Shown: in pieces, positions 24,602-37,455 of the stretch | Layout of the letters: the number at the start of each line of letters is the position of its first letter | How positions within the stretch are numbered: the first letter of the stretch is position 1 | DNA from: Paraphysomonas bandaiensis | Lineage: Eukaryota > Protista > Chrysophyceae | Length of the DNA stretch: 44,034 nt | Direction: 5' to 3' | Assembly (NCBI GenBank): GCA_965644295.1 | Contig: CBFFRP010000008.1 | Location: 1-44,034, forward strand | Program-made: the position numbers and the translations under genes | Notes under the pieces: model-generated | Seen by the model: only the letters and a program-made list of their open reading frames with translations | Told to the model about the DNA's origin: nothing | Databases searched by the model: none

Positions 24602-26608
24602 TTAATCATCTTTGGTTACATGTAACGGATTCACCAACACGTCGTAGGGCGACAAACACTCCTTCTCCTTGACTTCGTTGTCCCGACCTTTTCCGGGTAA
24701 TTCAGTCATTTCAATATCTGGTGTCTTCTTGTCACCATTCATGTGCACATAGTAAAATCTGCTCACACTATCATCGGCGACAAGTTCATTGGTTAACTTC
24801 ATCAGAACACCATCTGGATCACCTTTATATCGCTTATCCCTCGCCAGTAACATATTGAATGCCAAAAAATCTAAAGCATCTGACCTCTCCCCAGAACTGT
24901 AAGTGCGGGGTGCTTCTATACTCCTTGAGCTACTGTAAAGTACATAGAAACTGAGCACCAGAAATACAACTACAGGAAGAGCAGCGGAAGTATTTCCCAT
25001 TGCAATTCCAAAGGCGTTATTGATGGCAACAACAACCTCATTTCTACATTCGAAATAACTTTCAGTAAGGGGCTCTGGAGGAATGGATTTCAATTTACGC
25101 TGTGCACTTAATGGAATCGTAAAAGTGTTGTTGCATGATCCAAAAGGAACAGAATAGTAGTGACTGCTAACAGAATATTTGGGCATGGAAATAACGTCAT
25201 TCGTACTATTTTCTCTCAAGTAACTGTCAGATAGAAGCAATGTCAGCATCGAACAGTTTATTGAACCTGAGAGAGTACAGAAGTCATAAGCGCTTTGTCG
25301 CCATTCTTTGCTTCCGCTATTCTCATGCTTGCTATGCACAGCATCGAACGATGCATTGTACGCGTCACGATTTAGAGTCCCCCCACTCTTTCCTTGTTTC
25401 ACTGAGAAGTCGATCAGGCGGCCAATGGCATCAGACCTACTCTCTCCATCAGCTTCAGAGTAGTCATAAAACACAAATCCAGCCAGAAACTGAAATAGAT
25501 TGCACTCAAACGAAGTCCCGGCTTGAGTCGAGCAATTGCAATACTCTGGATTATATAGCGAGTTTCCGAGACTGTTAAATACTGGATAGAGATATACCTC
25601 AAAATACTCTATAGTGCAGAGAAGTCCCTCTGCAGAATTCATGCAAAATAAAGGTACCATTCCAGGAAAGAGCGGATAGAAGTACTCGCCGAGGTTGTAG
25701 GAAACGCCGTCATCTACATATATGAAGGCAGTATTAGGAACAGGTTCTAGATCATCTACACTGATGACTCCGAGGTTAACAGACAGAGCTGTTATAATAG
25801 TTTGTGCGTCAATATTTATATTGAAGTATTTCCCACTATACTGGGTGCTATAGCCAATATGTTCCGGGTTGATAACACTCATACATTCGGTGGAGGCCTT
25901 GAACTCCGCATAATCAAACTGCAGCGAAATTCGTGAATTCGCAGAGTTGTAAGTAACGACTGGGTGCACCGGACACGTGCTATGTTGATCGCTGAAGGAA
26001 GCATAATAAATACCTCGATCGAAAACTACTGACGGGCTGCCAGTGAACCCAAATCTGCTGACGGTGCTACCCAGTTGTACACTTCCAGACCACGACATCC
26101 AGTACAGCAAATTGATCGCCAAACTCTGAGTGTATGATAAAGCAGCGATTTCATCTAAATGAGAAAATGCCAGGTCCAATGCATTTACATATTCTGATTG
26201 GGTGGTATCGAGCTGAGGAGCATACATTACGTATATAGCGTTATTGTAATTAAAATCAGCACTGCCTTCCCAATATCCTTGATAGTCTGCTAAATAGGTC
26301 CCACTTATTGGTTTAGAAACTGAATTGCAGTCCCCAGCACTCTTTGTAACAGCTAAGAACTTCTCGTTACGGTCATTTAGATATCCCGTCAAGAAGAACG
26401 CTAAGAACGTTCCTGTTAAAATAACATACGCTGCTAGACCGAGAGGGAAGGCGTGAGCAGCGGGGAGCTCTTTTATTCCATCAGATGGTATGTTCTCATA
26501 AAACTTATCGCGTAGAAACGACAGCACAAGAGAGACATACGACGCAAGTGTCTTGCCGGACTGTATCGACCGCTTGCGGAGTGCGTACACTAGACCCTCC
26601 AGACGCAT
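24602..26608 (-). CDS. Hypothetical membrane protein with two TM helices and a ~460-aa Cys-containing extracellular loop
   Basis: 668-aa intronless ORF. Hydrophobic segments at aa ~52-76 and ~530-558, several NxS/T sequons. Confidence 0.8.
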   Translation of the reverse strand: MRLEGLVYALRKRSIQSGKTLASYVSLVLSFLRDKFYENIPSDGIKELPAAHAFPLGLAAYVILTGTFLAFFLTGYLNDRNEKFLAVTKSAGDCNSVSKPISGTYLADYQGYWEGSADFNYNNAIYVMYAPQLDTTQSEYVNALDLAFSHLDEIAALSYTQSLAINLLYWMSWSGSVQLGSTVSRFGFTGSPSVVFDRGIYYASFSDQHSTCPVHPVVTYNSANSRISLQFDYAEFKASTECMSVINPEHIGYSTQYSGKYFNINIDAQTIITALSVNLGVISVDDLEPVPNTAFIYVDDGVSYNLGEYFYPLFPGMVPLFCMNSAEGLLCTIEYFEVYLYPVFNSLGNSLYNPEYCNCSTQAGTSFECNLFQFLAGFVFYDYSEADGESRSDAIGRLIDFSVKQGKSGGTLNRDAYNASFDAVHSKHENSGSKEWRQSAYDFCTLSGSINCSMLTLLLSDSYLRENSTNDVISMPKYSVSSHYYSVPFGSCNNTFTIPLSAQRKLKSIPPEPLTESYFECRNEVVVAINNAFGIAMGNTSAALPVVVFLVLSFYVLYSSSRSIEAPRTYSSGERSDALDFLAFNMLLARDKRYKGDPDGVLMKLTNELVADDSVSRFYYVHMNGDKKTPDIEMTELPGKGRDNEVKEKECLSPYDVLVNPLHVTKDD

Positions 26609-26968
26609 ACTTGTACGATATATATCGAATGCCCCTCTCTACAGCTGACGTTAAGACTCTTGTGGGAGTATACTCGCTCCGGCCCGAGTGATGCTGTGCG
26701 GCATGGTGAGGCGATGGATATGGCAGGAGTCGTCTGTGTGTATACTGTACTGGTATACCTGGTTATACAGTTCATCACCCGTATTGTATTGTATTTCAGA
26801 TATACGGTGGACGATATACAGGGAGCAAGTAGCCGTTAAACTGTTGCGTTTACAGAGCAGAACGGAGCAGAGCAGAGCAGACAGTATCATCCAACACAGC
26901 AAAACAACATTAGAAAGAGACAGAAGTCATCAAGTTAATTAATCTGTGAAGCAAAACGTAATTCTGAC

Positions 26969-28920
26969 ATGGACAGAGAAGGATTGTGTGGGCTCCAAAG
27001 AAAAGAACTGCAAGCTCTAGCGAAGGAGCATGGAATTAAGGCGAATAAGAAATCGGCGGAATTAATAGAAGAGCTACTTGTTGTACTCAAACAACCTACC
27101 CCAGAGAAAAAAGACTGCGACAACTCTTTGTCTGTAGAGCCTGTTGCACTATCTGTTGATAAAGAAAGAATGGATGCTGTAGTCAATGGTTCTACTGTTT
27201 CAACCGAGTGCACTAATGACGAGGCTTTGCAGAAAGCCTGCCAGACTATTGTGGTGCTTCCTGCACTTTCTGTTGGCATGAAAATTTTATATTCTTTAAA
27301 TAATACCGAAGAAAGTGGTATGATAAAGCGTCTAAATAAGAAATCTGTCCGTGTCGTCCGGGATAATGGATCTGAAGTTACTGTTGTCCATGAAAACATC
27401 ATTGGCGAAGACAAACCAGAAGACTCCAAAGATGACATCCAGCGCGTAGTATCACCAAAGAATCAAGAATCTTCTGATTCATTGCTAGCTTCAGGATCTT
27501 TGACTAAAGTCGAAATATCTAAGACTCCCAACAAGTCAACCACAGCTACAAAAGGTGTCAAGCGTTTCAGTTTAGAAAAGGATGTAAAGTCTACTGATGC
27601 TGAATTAAATCTAGCAGGTGTATCATCTCCTCAGGTTGTCAAGAAGGTGAGGTTTTGGTTGATAGATATTTTATAGTCACTCTTGTGCATTATAGTCTGA
27701 AGACTCAACAACTCCTTGTACAAGCACATTGAAACGTGCATCGTTGATTAAGACAACCAAAGCCCAAAGAGCGCGCGCTGAAGCTATCGCTCATCGAATG
27801 GAACGTGTGGATAATGCTATTGCAGCTGCCAATCATACTCCTCACAAGGCCCGTGTTTTAGCTTCTGCGAAGAAGTCTGAACACAAGCGATCCTCTATTC
27901 AAGTATCAGGAAACATTCACTCGTCTATGCAGAAGTCTGAATGCAAACGGATTTCGCTTCAGAGTACGTCCAATGATGTACCTGTTCATAGTGCGCCATG
28001 GAATGCATCCTTTCGATCAACATCTCGCTCTTCTGTTGCAAGTACCGAAAAGATTGATCGCATTGCAATTGCCAATGCGGCGAAAGAGGCAGCTAATAAC
28101 TACCTTTCCAAGCGTAGTTCCTCCGTTGTGAAAAGCACAGCCAGTAGCGTGGAAAAAGTAGACAGACAGTCTGTTGCAACTGCAGCCAAAACTGCTGCAA
28201 ACAATTATCTGTCACAACGTAATTCTGCTCATAAATCCACCAAAAAGGTGCATAAGTCGTCATCCACAAAGGTTCCAAACTTTAAAAAACTTCACGAGAA
28301 GAATTTCAATAGCCAAAAGGCTATAACATCAATAGTAAAACCTGTAAGTTTGATACTTTACCCGTGTGTATTATTCCTAAATACTGCATAGAATGAGGCT
28401 GTGCGTCGACAAATGTCAGAAAATTTATCGAGAGCAATGAATGAGGCCGCAGGTGCGAAAGAAAACATGACACCAGCGTCGACAACATCTTCTGGAGTCT
28501 CGAAAAAGAGACAGGAGCATGCACCAGCTGGAAACCCTTTTAAGCGTATTCTTTCGAAGGTGATTTGTTTGCGAACTTAGTTTTAGCATTCCATTACTTA
28601 GCTGTTATCGGCAGCCTTCTTCTGATGCGCCAATAAAAGCTTTGGAAAAGCATAAAGCAAGTAACAGGGATAATGTACCTAGTAAATCTGCCAATACGAC
28701 ATCTTCTACAACCAAACGTGTTCCTCTTCATAAAAAAGGTAATGTGCAGCATGTATGTGAAATAATTTATTATAGTGTTTATATTTAATGAGCAGGCATA
28801 TCTAATGATGTAGCCAAGGAAAATAGAAGAGAAAAGTTTTTGGCTGAGAACAAAGTCCTTCGAAAAGAAAAAATTAATACTGCTAGGGGGCTAAAAGCCG
28901 CTCCGAAATCCACATTCTAG
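26969..28920 (+). CDS. NuSAP-like (nucleolar and spindle-associated protein) microtubule-binding protein
   Basis: N-terminal SAP-like LQRKELQALAKEHGIKAN, PNFKKLHEKNF, two KEN boxes and basic C-terminus KENRREKFLAENKVLRKEKINTARGL. Exons 26969-27646, 27696-28343, 28392-28559, 28615-28738, 28796-28920 splice in frame. Confidence 0.75.
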
Positions 28921-29340
28921 GCAGTGGCCATTATGCTACAACATTCAAGTTTTTAGCACTTGAAGTGATGTGTTTTTCTAATTACTTCCATATGTCAGGA
29001 AGTAACCAAATGTCTTACATAACGCACCAAGTAAATATTCTTAACATAAGTCAATTATTATTGTATAATCTTAATTAAAATAACACAGTTTATTTCATTA
29101 TATGACGGGAAATTGTGCATTTATCGCAGCCAATTCATAAGTTCTATGTTTTTTGCGACATTAAAGAGATTGTGTAAAATTTATACACATTCTCTTAATT
29201 CTATCTCTAATTTTGTATAATGGTAATTATATTGTTGAGAGGAATCAACAAGTATTCAACTATCAAAAAAACTTTCTGTACTACAATCACACCCCAAATG
29301 TACAGAAATCTTAACATTTTAAGATGCGTAGATGTCATTT

Positions 29341-30190
29341 TCAAAAAATTGGACTTGCACTATTTCATTGTGTTCTGGGGGTAAGTAGTGGAGATATAGT
29401 CAGCGGATATTGTTATGTTTACTCATATCCAAATGCTTCGTCTTTAGGCCTCTTGACGAAGAACAAACAGGTATCCGAGAATGGGCCCACCTCAAGGGCA
29501 TGCCTGCCGCAATCAAGCATCCTGACGAATAATCAATAGGTGTGTAAAAGTCAGAACAATTTTAATAACTAGTGCTGATAACTCTGATATCTTACTATTT
29601 GTGCGTCACTGCAAGCACCAAGATTCAATCATTTTCGCCCTCCTTTACCGAATATTCGACTTTAGGAGGTAGCCCATCACTTCGGATGCGCTTGGGGTTG
29701 CGCATTCCCGGATGCCTGTTTGTTCGTAAAAGCCCAAATATATTAGTGTCCCATCATGTACCACACAAGCATTTGGCTATGCGTGGGCATAACAATATCT
29801 GCTGACTATATAATATGCAGTCGAGTTAGATTTCCCGGAAAAATGTCTCCGGTACTTACCCCCCAGAACACCACGAAAAGGTGCGAGTCCTACTTTGTTG
29901 GGGGCGAGTCCTACTTTGTTCCGGAATGGGACCACCTGAAGGACATCCAGGATACTGGGTTGATCACGTTAAGGAGGACTTAAAATCCTGAAATCAGCAG
30001 ATGTCAGGTGCATATCAATATTCTGCTTGCTCACTGCGTTTGCTTTGAGTGATAGAGCAAAGTGACTGCACCTTGGTTCATGTGGTGTTGCACAAGCAGC
30101 TTTCGTGTAGCGTTAAATAGTAGGATATCTGGCTTTAAAATAAGCACTAGTCATTTAAATTAGTTTTGCTAATAATCAGACATTCACTAC
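29341..30190 (+). mobile_element. SINE-like retroposon copy C (split: ~29341-29522 and ~29921-30190)
   Basis: Matches copy E in two pieces and ends CATTCACTAC. Flanked by tagatgtcattt (29329-29340) and tagatatcattt (30191-30202). Confidence 0.85.
29523..29904 (-). mobile_element. SINE-like retroposon copy D nested antisense inside copy C
   Basis: Collinear with copy B (e.g. cacaagcatttggctatg, aacaatatctgctgactata, caccacgaaaagg). Followed by a short duplication gcgagtcctactttgtt (29904-29920). Confidence 0.85.
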
Positions 30191-30279
30191 TAGATATCAT
30201 TTGCTTGCGGAAATCAGACATAGTAACTATAGCCCTACTGAACAACTTCTTCTCACTGCCATAACATTGGCAGTGCTAT

Positions 30280-30690
30280 GCACATGCTTCATACAACGAT
30301 GCCATGTTGGCAGTTGGTTGTATTCTCTTATGTGCTTTCAGTTGCTATTAAGTAATGAAAGGCCCCGCCTTCCTCATTATTCTCTCATCCTTCATCTACT
30401 TTGCCTTCGCCTGCAGTGTATCATTTATCATAAAGCATCGCACGTGTGCTTTTTCAGCACAGTACAGTTTTGCTTCTATACTACGCTGAATTTTGACTAC
30501 TGTTTTCTCAGAATCCGCACATTGAAGAATGTCCGCGTGTGGATCTAGATGGAAAATCATCCTAGGATACTGACGAACTATATCATCTAAGTCTACTCCG
30601 TCACCATCCAGGTTGTTCTTGTGATTGAAAAACTGTACAGGCGACGTCAAACCTTTCAAAATGAGAAAAAAAAACTTTTCTGACATGATT
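30280..30690 (-). pseudogene. Decayed coding relic, possibly LINE ORF2 linker region
   Basis: 96-aa ORF continues through in-frame stops (AKAK*MKDERIMRKAGPFIT**QLK). No diagnostic motif. Confidence 0.25.
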
Positions 30691-32129
30691 TATTTCGCTT
30701 TGGATAAATCGCTGGACATCAACAACATAATTCCATATACCATACACCTCCTATCATGCAGCGAACTCCAGTTTTCAACTATCTCTTGCGAGCACTATTA
30801 ACTAACTGCCCTTATACCTTATATTATCTCACAATTATGATAAGTAAATTTAAAGTGACTATGCGCAGTGCACATACATCCAAGTTCTTCTATGCTAACA
30901 GATAATTGGTTTGTACGTTTGTATTTTGTATGAATGATCAGTAGCTACTACTATACGGCTTAAGATGCTATCTATATGATTAATCGAGCTATATAGACCA
31001 ATAATTATCATATTTTAAGCCAATTAATTGAAAACCAATGAGTTGTACGCAAGCCTACTACTAAGTATCATTGTTAGATATTGTTTTGCAATGTTTCTAA
31101 TTAACATTAATACACAAGATCTCTTTGGGGGGTATAAGGCTTGCCCCCCCTCCTAGTTTATCAATAGCATAAAATAAAACAATAATCAATATTCGTAAGC
31201 ACTAGGTTCTACACATTTGTCAATTGCACTAGAAACTCAACTAAGGTTGATAGTAATAATGCAACTACAGAGGCTTCATAGAGAACGTTGTTTCCTGTCA
31301 TTTCATGGGAAATCTCAAATGTCTCCCATCATGTTAAGATCTCAAATATAGCAGATAAAAGGACTATTAATAGAATGATTGTAGTCAGAGTGGTATGACA
31401 TGTTGTACTCCTGGGACATCGCAATGACAACAATGCGCTACTATTACTTCCACCATTAAAATATCTTCTATCATAAGCAAAACTTCGTGCATTCTGTGCA
31501 ATCAGGTGACTCCTATTGCGTGTGAGTGTGGCGAACAATAATATAGTACTCTTTTACTCTAAACGAAGACCTGCATATGATAAGTAGGAGGCCCGCTTGT
31601 AATATTGAGGAAAGGGCTCATGCCAATCCCTCAGACAAATGTTCCTTCAATATTCGAGGAAAGCGAGGGAGGGCGTGTATCTTATGCATGCTACTAATAG
31701 CCCGTGTATTCCATGCGAGTGTCCGCTCTGCAGGTGTATATGTGGATAAGGGTAGACGGGTCTACTCACATCACACACACGTCACATACAGACTGTACAC
31801 TTCAATACGCCATACATAGTGTACACAGTATTCTATGTATATGCCGGTGTATTCCTCATCTCTTTTCAGAAAAAATATTTTGGGTAAATTCAAACCCTTA
31901 TAAATAGCAACGATGCACTAGACGATCATGCTCTTCTCGGCCTTTTGGCTAAGATCAAGTGTAGTATCTGTTCTTATCAGTGTAATAACTGATAACCGCA
32001 CAATGTGCGGTACGTTATTCACTAATATTTGAAGCTTGCAGATCACGATGAGCTTGCTCACGTCCTGCACGTTGTCCTCGGCATTGCACCACCGCCTTGT
32101 GATGACAGCCCTTAGGGGCACCCACCTCA

Positions 32130-32164
32130 CACACATACATACATACATACATACATACATACAT
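32130..32164. repeat. (ACAT)n microsatellite
   Basis: About 8 ACAT units seen directly. Confidence 0.95.
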
Positions 32165-32981
32165 TGTCCATGAACCTCAACACCAATATTTCCTGTTCTA
32201 TGTCCATATCTATTCTACTACATACTCCATTATTATGATCGAGACTTACCCTTTAAATTCGTGTGACTACAAAATAGTAAGCTAGAGTTACCCACTGGCT
32301 TGATACAATCGGTATATATGTGTATATGTGGAGATGTCTAAACCAGGTTGGGCATAAAATAAATGAGTCCTGATTTCTCGTTTACTGTTGGTGTGTCGTC
32401 ATTGTGGTTTTTGCGTTATTGGAGAGAAGACGATTGTGGGCATTCGCGCTGTAGTGTTCAAGTACTAATGCTTCCATAAGATGCAGTAAATGAATATAGA
32501 CTAGAAGCTGAGATATTCAGAATGTTTTAGCATGAGTTTTCAGAGTTGTGATGTAAATTGGCGAAAAAGTTTCTACTTTTCGTGACAGCTTTGTTGCTTA
32601 GAATCGAGTGTCTAGATCGCTAGACTCTAAACTCTTTACGAGATCTAGTCTAGCTTTCTAGCGAGGTGGACAGCTAATAATGATATTCACTTAAATTTGT
32701 TGTACTTAATACTAGTTTGCCTCTAATTTTCTTATCAAGCATTAGCTATGTCAACCAACATATCTACAGCTTCGTTGTCGTAGGTAATACACATATAGGT
32801 AGTGTCACTGATAAGTCAGTGTAGTCAGATTTATTTACCATAATGAATAAAAAGAAGACCACCGACTCAGGGAACCAGTGCTGGCAATTGAAGAAACATA
32901 TCCTACCACGCGTCATAGCTATTTTGAATAAATATATCATAATCACCCGATATCAATGGTTCAACACTTAAAATAATGTCA

Positions 32982-34708
32982 CTAATGCTGGCAATTCTCC
33001 GAATGAGTGTGTACTTCATCCTCGTCTTCATCTTCTTCGTCCACTCTAAATACACTTCTATCGCTATTCGTAAATGGTGCACTAGCTTTATTGGATACTC
33101 GTTGCTCAATATCTGATGTTTCGTCGAAAACGGGGTTAAACTTGAGCGGACCGGCGGAGCCAAATTGCTGGTACGCACTTTCAGCCTGTCCACCTTCGGT
33201 AATGGTGACATACTGTACATCACATCCAAGATCTCTAAGGGCACCGTAAGCTTCATCCACACAAGACTGTACTCGTCCTGCCATACGCAGAGCATTCTCC
33301 ACACCGCAGTCAAGCATACGGGGACGGAGTTCGGGGCTGCGAGCGGCAATATTTCGGATTGTTAAGCATGCCTGGCGCTGCAGGGCAGGTTTATCTGCAT
33401 GTCTCTGCATACCGCTCACAATCTCATCAACCGCCCCAAGATTCACAATTGCACAAGCATTGTTAGGAAATCTCAGGGCCATAGCGGCGAGGCACGCGAA
33501 GGCGTGCTCCATTAATATCGCATCCGAAGCATTTTCATCTCGAGATATAGTATCCACCAGTAGTTGCAACGTACCGTCGGAAACCAAGCTGTTCTTGCGC
33601 TCGTCGTCAGCACACAGATTCCTCGCGAGACCAAGCACAGATCGAATCAAAGGTACCGTTGCCGCAGGATAGCTCAGGACATCTCGAGGCAAAGTCATTG
33701 CGCCAAATTTCGCCACTGCTTTAACTGCTTCCTCTGAAAGAACAACCTGGCGCACAGCAGAGAGAGCGGCAATGCCGAGATCTTGGTGAGTAGCGAATTT
33801 TCCAGCAAAGAGCATTAGATACTCCACGAAGCCATCAGAGAGAAGTCGGCGCCCATTGTCATAAGCGCATGACATCTCCCGTCGCGTATCGTCGTGAGTG
33901 CAAAGGCATTTAAGGAGAAGACACGACTCCTGGGTGGCCAAAAGGAGTCGACTTCCTACCGACAGAGAGTCGATAGAGTCACTACACAAGCGCAGCAGGG
34001 AAAGGATGTGATTCGAGAGGCCGCAGTGCATCAGAGCAACTATTATACACAAGAATTCAACTAACTTAATTCCCACACATATACAACTACCTTTATTATT
34101 TTCACTCTTTGCAACGACACGGGCGCACTTCAAGCACTGATGCAGCAGTTCCATAGCAGAATCGTTCTCACTTTCCGAAAAAGATTCAAGACAACGATTT
34201 ATAATAGCACAGAGTTTCTCGCTTCCGAATGGTTCAAATAAGTCTCTATTTTCAACTGAAACCAATCAATTAAGAGTTTAGCTATCGCAGAATTACACTT
34301 ACTGTTCGTGCGGCATACAGTAATGATCAGGTCACAGACACTTTTAACAATGTCGTCAGATAAGGATGTTTCCAATGCTGCTACTGTAGCAATCATTCCG
34401 CCATTAATACGAAAAATGCTTTGGTTTCTTTTCCCAAACTCGTGCTTGTCGCTGCATTTACTGCACAGTGTTCGTATGCTCTCCTCAATCGATTCATTCT
34501 TGTTTTCTTTTAACTCTCTAATGCATCGTATTGCAGCAAGAATTTCTTCACGGCCTTCACCGCCTGTAGTATCAATGGAGGAAAGGTCTTTACCCATTGA
34601 TGTCAGCTGGCTTATAGTCTCAGCAAGTGCCTCCTTTTTCTCCATGTCAAAGTCTTCCATGTTCTCTCGAACCATGTCATCAAAGGTTTCCTGTGATATC
34701 GTTGTCAT
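32982..34708 (-). CDS. ARMC6: Armadillo repeat-containing protein 6 homologue
   Basis: N-terminus TISQETFDDMVRENMEDFDM...EAL.ETI.QL...G.DLS.I, ARM repeats and C-terminal AYGALRDLGC. Exons 34708-34303, 34255-34091, 34039-32982. Confidence 0.9.
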
Positions 34709-35075
34709 TGTAGTATATAGTGAAGGCTGTAAATGGGATATAGCTTGATCGGGCATATATTGAATTGATTGCAAGGCAGGTTCACCTGCCCTTCACAGAC
34801 CTGCCTGCATAACTGCCTTTCTTCTGTTTGTTAGGACTGTACACAGACACACTCTATACATTGTACACACGTACATTGTACACAAGTACGCTGTACTCAT
34901 GCACACTAGGTATACAATGCAGCAGTACAATACAGCAGTACTATACAGCAGTACAATATCATCATGTCTGTGCTGATCCATATGGATGACGTGCTGTAAG
35001 CTGCACGCTTATCCCCCTCATATCACCCCGATGAAGACAGGCGGTCGGTAATTGCCTTCAACCTCCATCCACAGT

Positions 35076-36326
35076 ATGAGGGCTTGCAGTTTAATGAGTG
35101 CGTCAGTGTGTGTGGCAGCAGCAGCAGTGGTGTGCATGTATATGATGCATGCGGCTGGATGGATGCACAGAGAGCGCTCTCTCACCATTCAAATTATCAA
35201 ATACTTCAGCCGGGCTCACGATAGTATCCCATCGACAGACATATCGTCTAACGCTGCATGGTACGGGCCTGACTTGCAGTCCATGAGGGACGAGTGGCAG
35301 CATATCTTCTCCGCTGATGAGATATACGCATTAAAGAGAGCTGTTAAGTATGCTCTGGATATGAACAAACCCCTCAATCAATTGAAAAAGTCAGATTTCC
35401 CATTGGATGCATTGGAAGCTAATGTTTCTCTGTGGAGACAAGCACTAGACCCAAAGTCGGGTTTGGGTGTTGTAGTGTTGAAAGGAGCTCCGGTGAAAGG
35501 GTGGACAGAAAGAGAACAGGAGGTATTCTGGTGGGGTCTGGGGCTACATCTAGGTATTCCTGGGGCTCAGAACGGAAAAGGAGAACTCCTTGGACGTGTA
35601 ACTAACGAATTCTACGGCAAATCGGATGCCCATGTGGGTTCAGTGCGTCAGTACAGGACATCAGAAGATATTGGATTCCATTGTGACGGGGCGGATGTGG
35701 TTGGACTCCTCTGCCTCCAGTCTGCCGGTGTGGCTGGAGGCCGCTCTCGACTTGCCAGCTCGGTTACGATATTCAATGAATTACGTAGACAGCGCCCTGA
35801 TCTAGTTCCTTTATTGTTTGAGCGTGTGCCGCTGGATAGTCGAGGGGACGCGGGGGTAAACTGGATTTTCGTCACCCCGTGCGCCTATTTCAATAACATT
35901 CTCAAGACATTTTGGCACACCGAGTATTTTCAAACAGCGTACAAATATCCTGATACCCCATCTCTCTCTCCAGCGATGCTTGAATTAATCCAAGTCTATG
36001 ATGCAATTGCCAATGACCCTGCAGTGTATACGGAGATGGACTTTGAGGAGGGAGATATACAGCTCATATCCAACCATGTGGTGAGTAATACGTGTTGCTG
36101 TAGTGTCGAAATTATTGCTCTTTAGGTCGTGCATGCGAGAACTGCATTCGTGGACTCGGATATAAAGCAGAGAAAACTATTGCGGTTATGGCTGTCACTT
36201 CCTCTGTGGGACCCTGATGGAGACAGAAACGTTCCCTTGGATATTCGAGAAAAATTTGGGATTTTTAGAAGTGGGGCTAAATTTCTGTGGGACGTTGCTA
36301 GAATTCGAGCCCAATCATATATCTAG
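35076..36326 (+). CDS. TauD/TfdA family Fe(II)/2-oxoglutarate dioxygenase
   Basis: FHCDGADVVGLLCL (HxD), GGRSRLASS, GDIQLISNHV|VVHART and RKLLRLWL. 45-bp intron 36081-36125. True start uncertain. Confidence 0.92.
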
Positions 36327-37455
36327 AGTCAATAGCACGCTATCTTGGGTATGCATCGAGTATACATGACTACACATGTTGCTGTCTGCGGTCTAAATAT
36401 TGCGTGTTATATTTCTTGTTTTTGTTTTGTATGAGAATTGGATATTTATTTTAGCTGAGATGTGGTTTTCCTTATTTATTACTATTGCTTGTTTACGGTA
36501 CAAAATATTGCTTGTTATATTATGGCAACTGGTTACCCATCAATTTATATATAATAATTCATAAACCATGTGCTAGGAAAAAATATATGGTTATGTATTG
36601 TGTATGATGTAATAGTATTCTAATATTAATGATGGATACTGTATCAATATATTGTACATTACCTAATTTGAAATTTTAATATATATTGTGTGCTATTAAA
36701 GTGAATATAGTTCATTGTTGATTGTGGCTCTTATATGTTATATCACTATTGCATTCATTTGTCACTCCTGCTGACTGATGATAATATGTACATGGATATT
36801 ACGTATGTAGCTAGGTACACACCATGTCCGCTCTCGAACACCGCTCAACAAACTATCAGATGTTACTTGACTTTTTTCCAGCTACTTGATCTCTAATTTG
36901 ATTTTTATAGTTGCGGTGTTGCTGAAGCCTATGAAAATGTGAGCAATAACTTTTTAACACGATGTTCAAGACGAGACAGGCCGATGACATTTGTGCGTTT
37001 CGATGCTGCCCATCATCGTACGTAATGTCGCTGTATACTAGAGAGTATACCTCTTGTATTTAGTTAAAGATATGTATATGTGTTTCATGTCGCTGCTTCC
37101 CTCAGAAATAATACCCTGTATCTTGTAGACTTGTTTGTCAACTGCGAATGTTGTTGACAAATAATGACAATCTGATTCAGGGCCTGTTATTCGTGTACAG
37201 TAAGATGGTGGCGGGATCGTCAAATCCTAGCAGAAAGCATATCCAATACGTCCCGCTGGTGCTGAACTTCGTCAGGAAATTATGCTCCATCTGCAAGAAT
37301 TTCGTGATCTCGAATAATGAAAAAGAAATGAAGATCCTCTACTTGCTAATAATGTGTCGTTATTCTTGCATGTAGTAGAAGTAGTATTGTAGTGGAGATA
37401 GCTATATGTGTATGCAATGTATCCAAAATCAGGCTATTCGGTTGGAGCGTTTGCG

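Noticed and set aside
31127-31157. Helitron 3' end (GGGGGG...CCCCCCC hairpin then CTAG-T)
   Set aside because: Hairpin lies only 2 nt from CTAG, with no matching 5' end or second copy visible.
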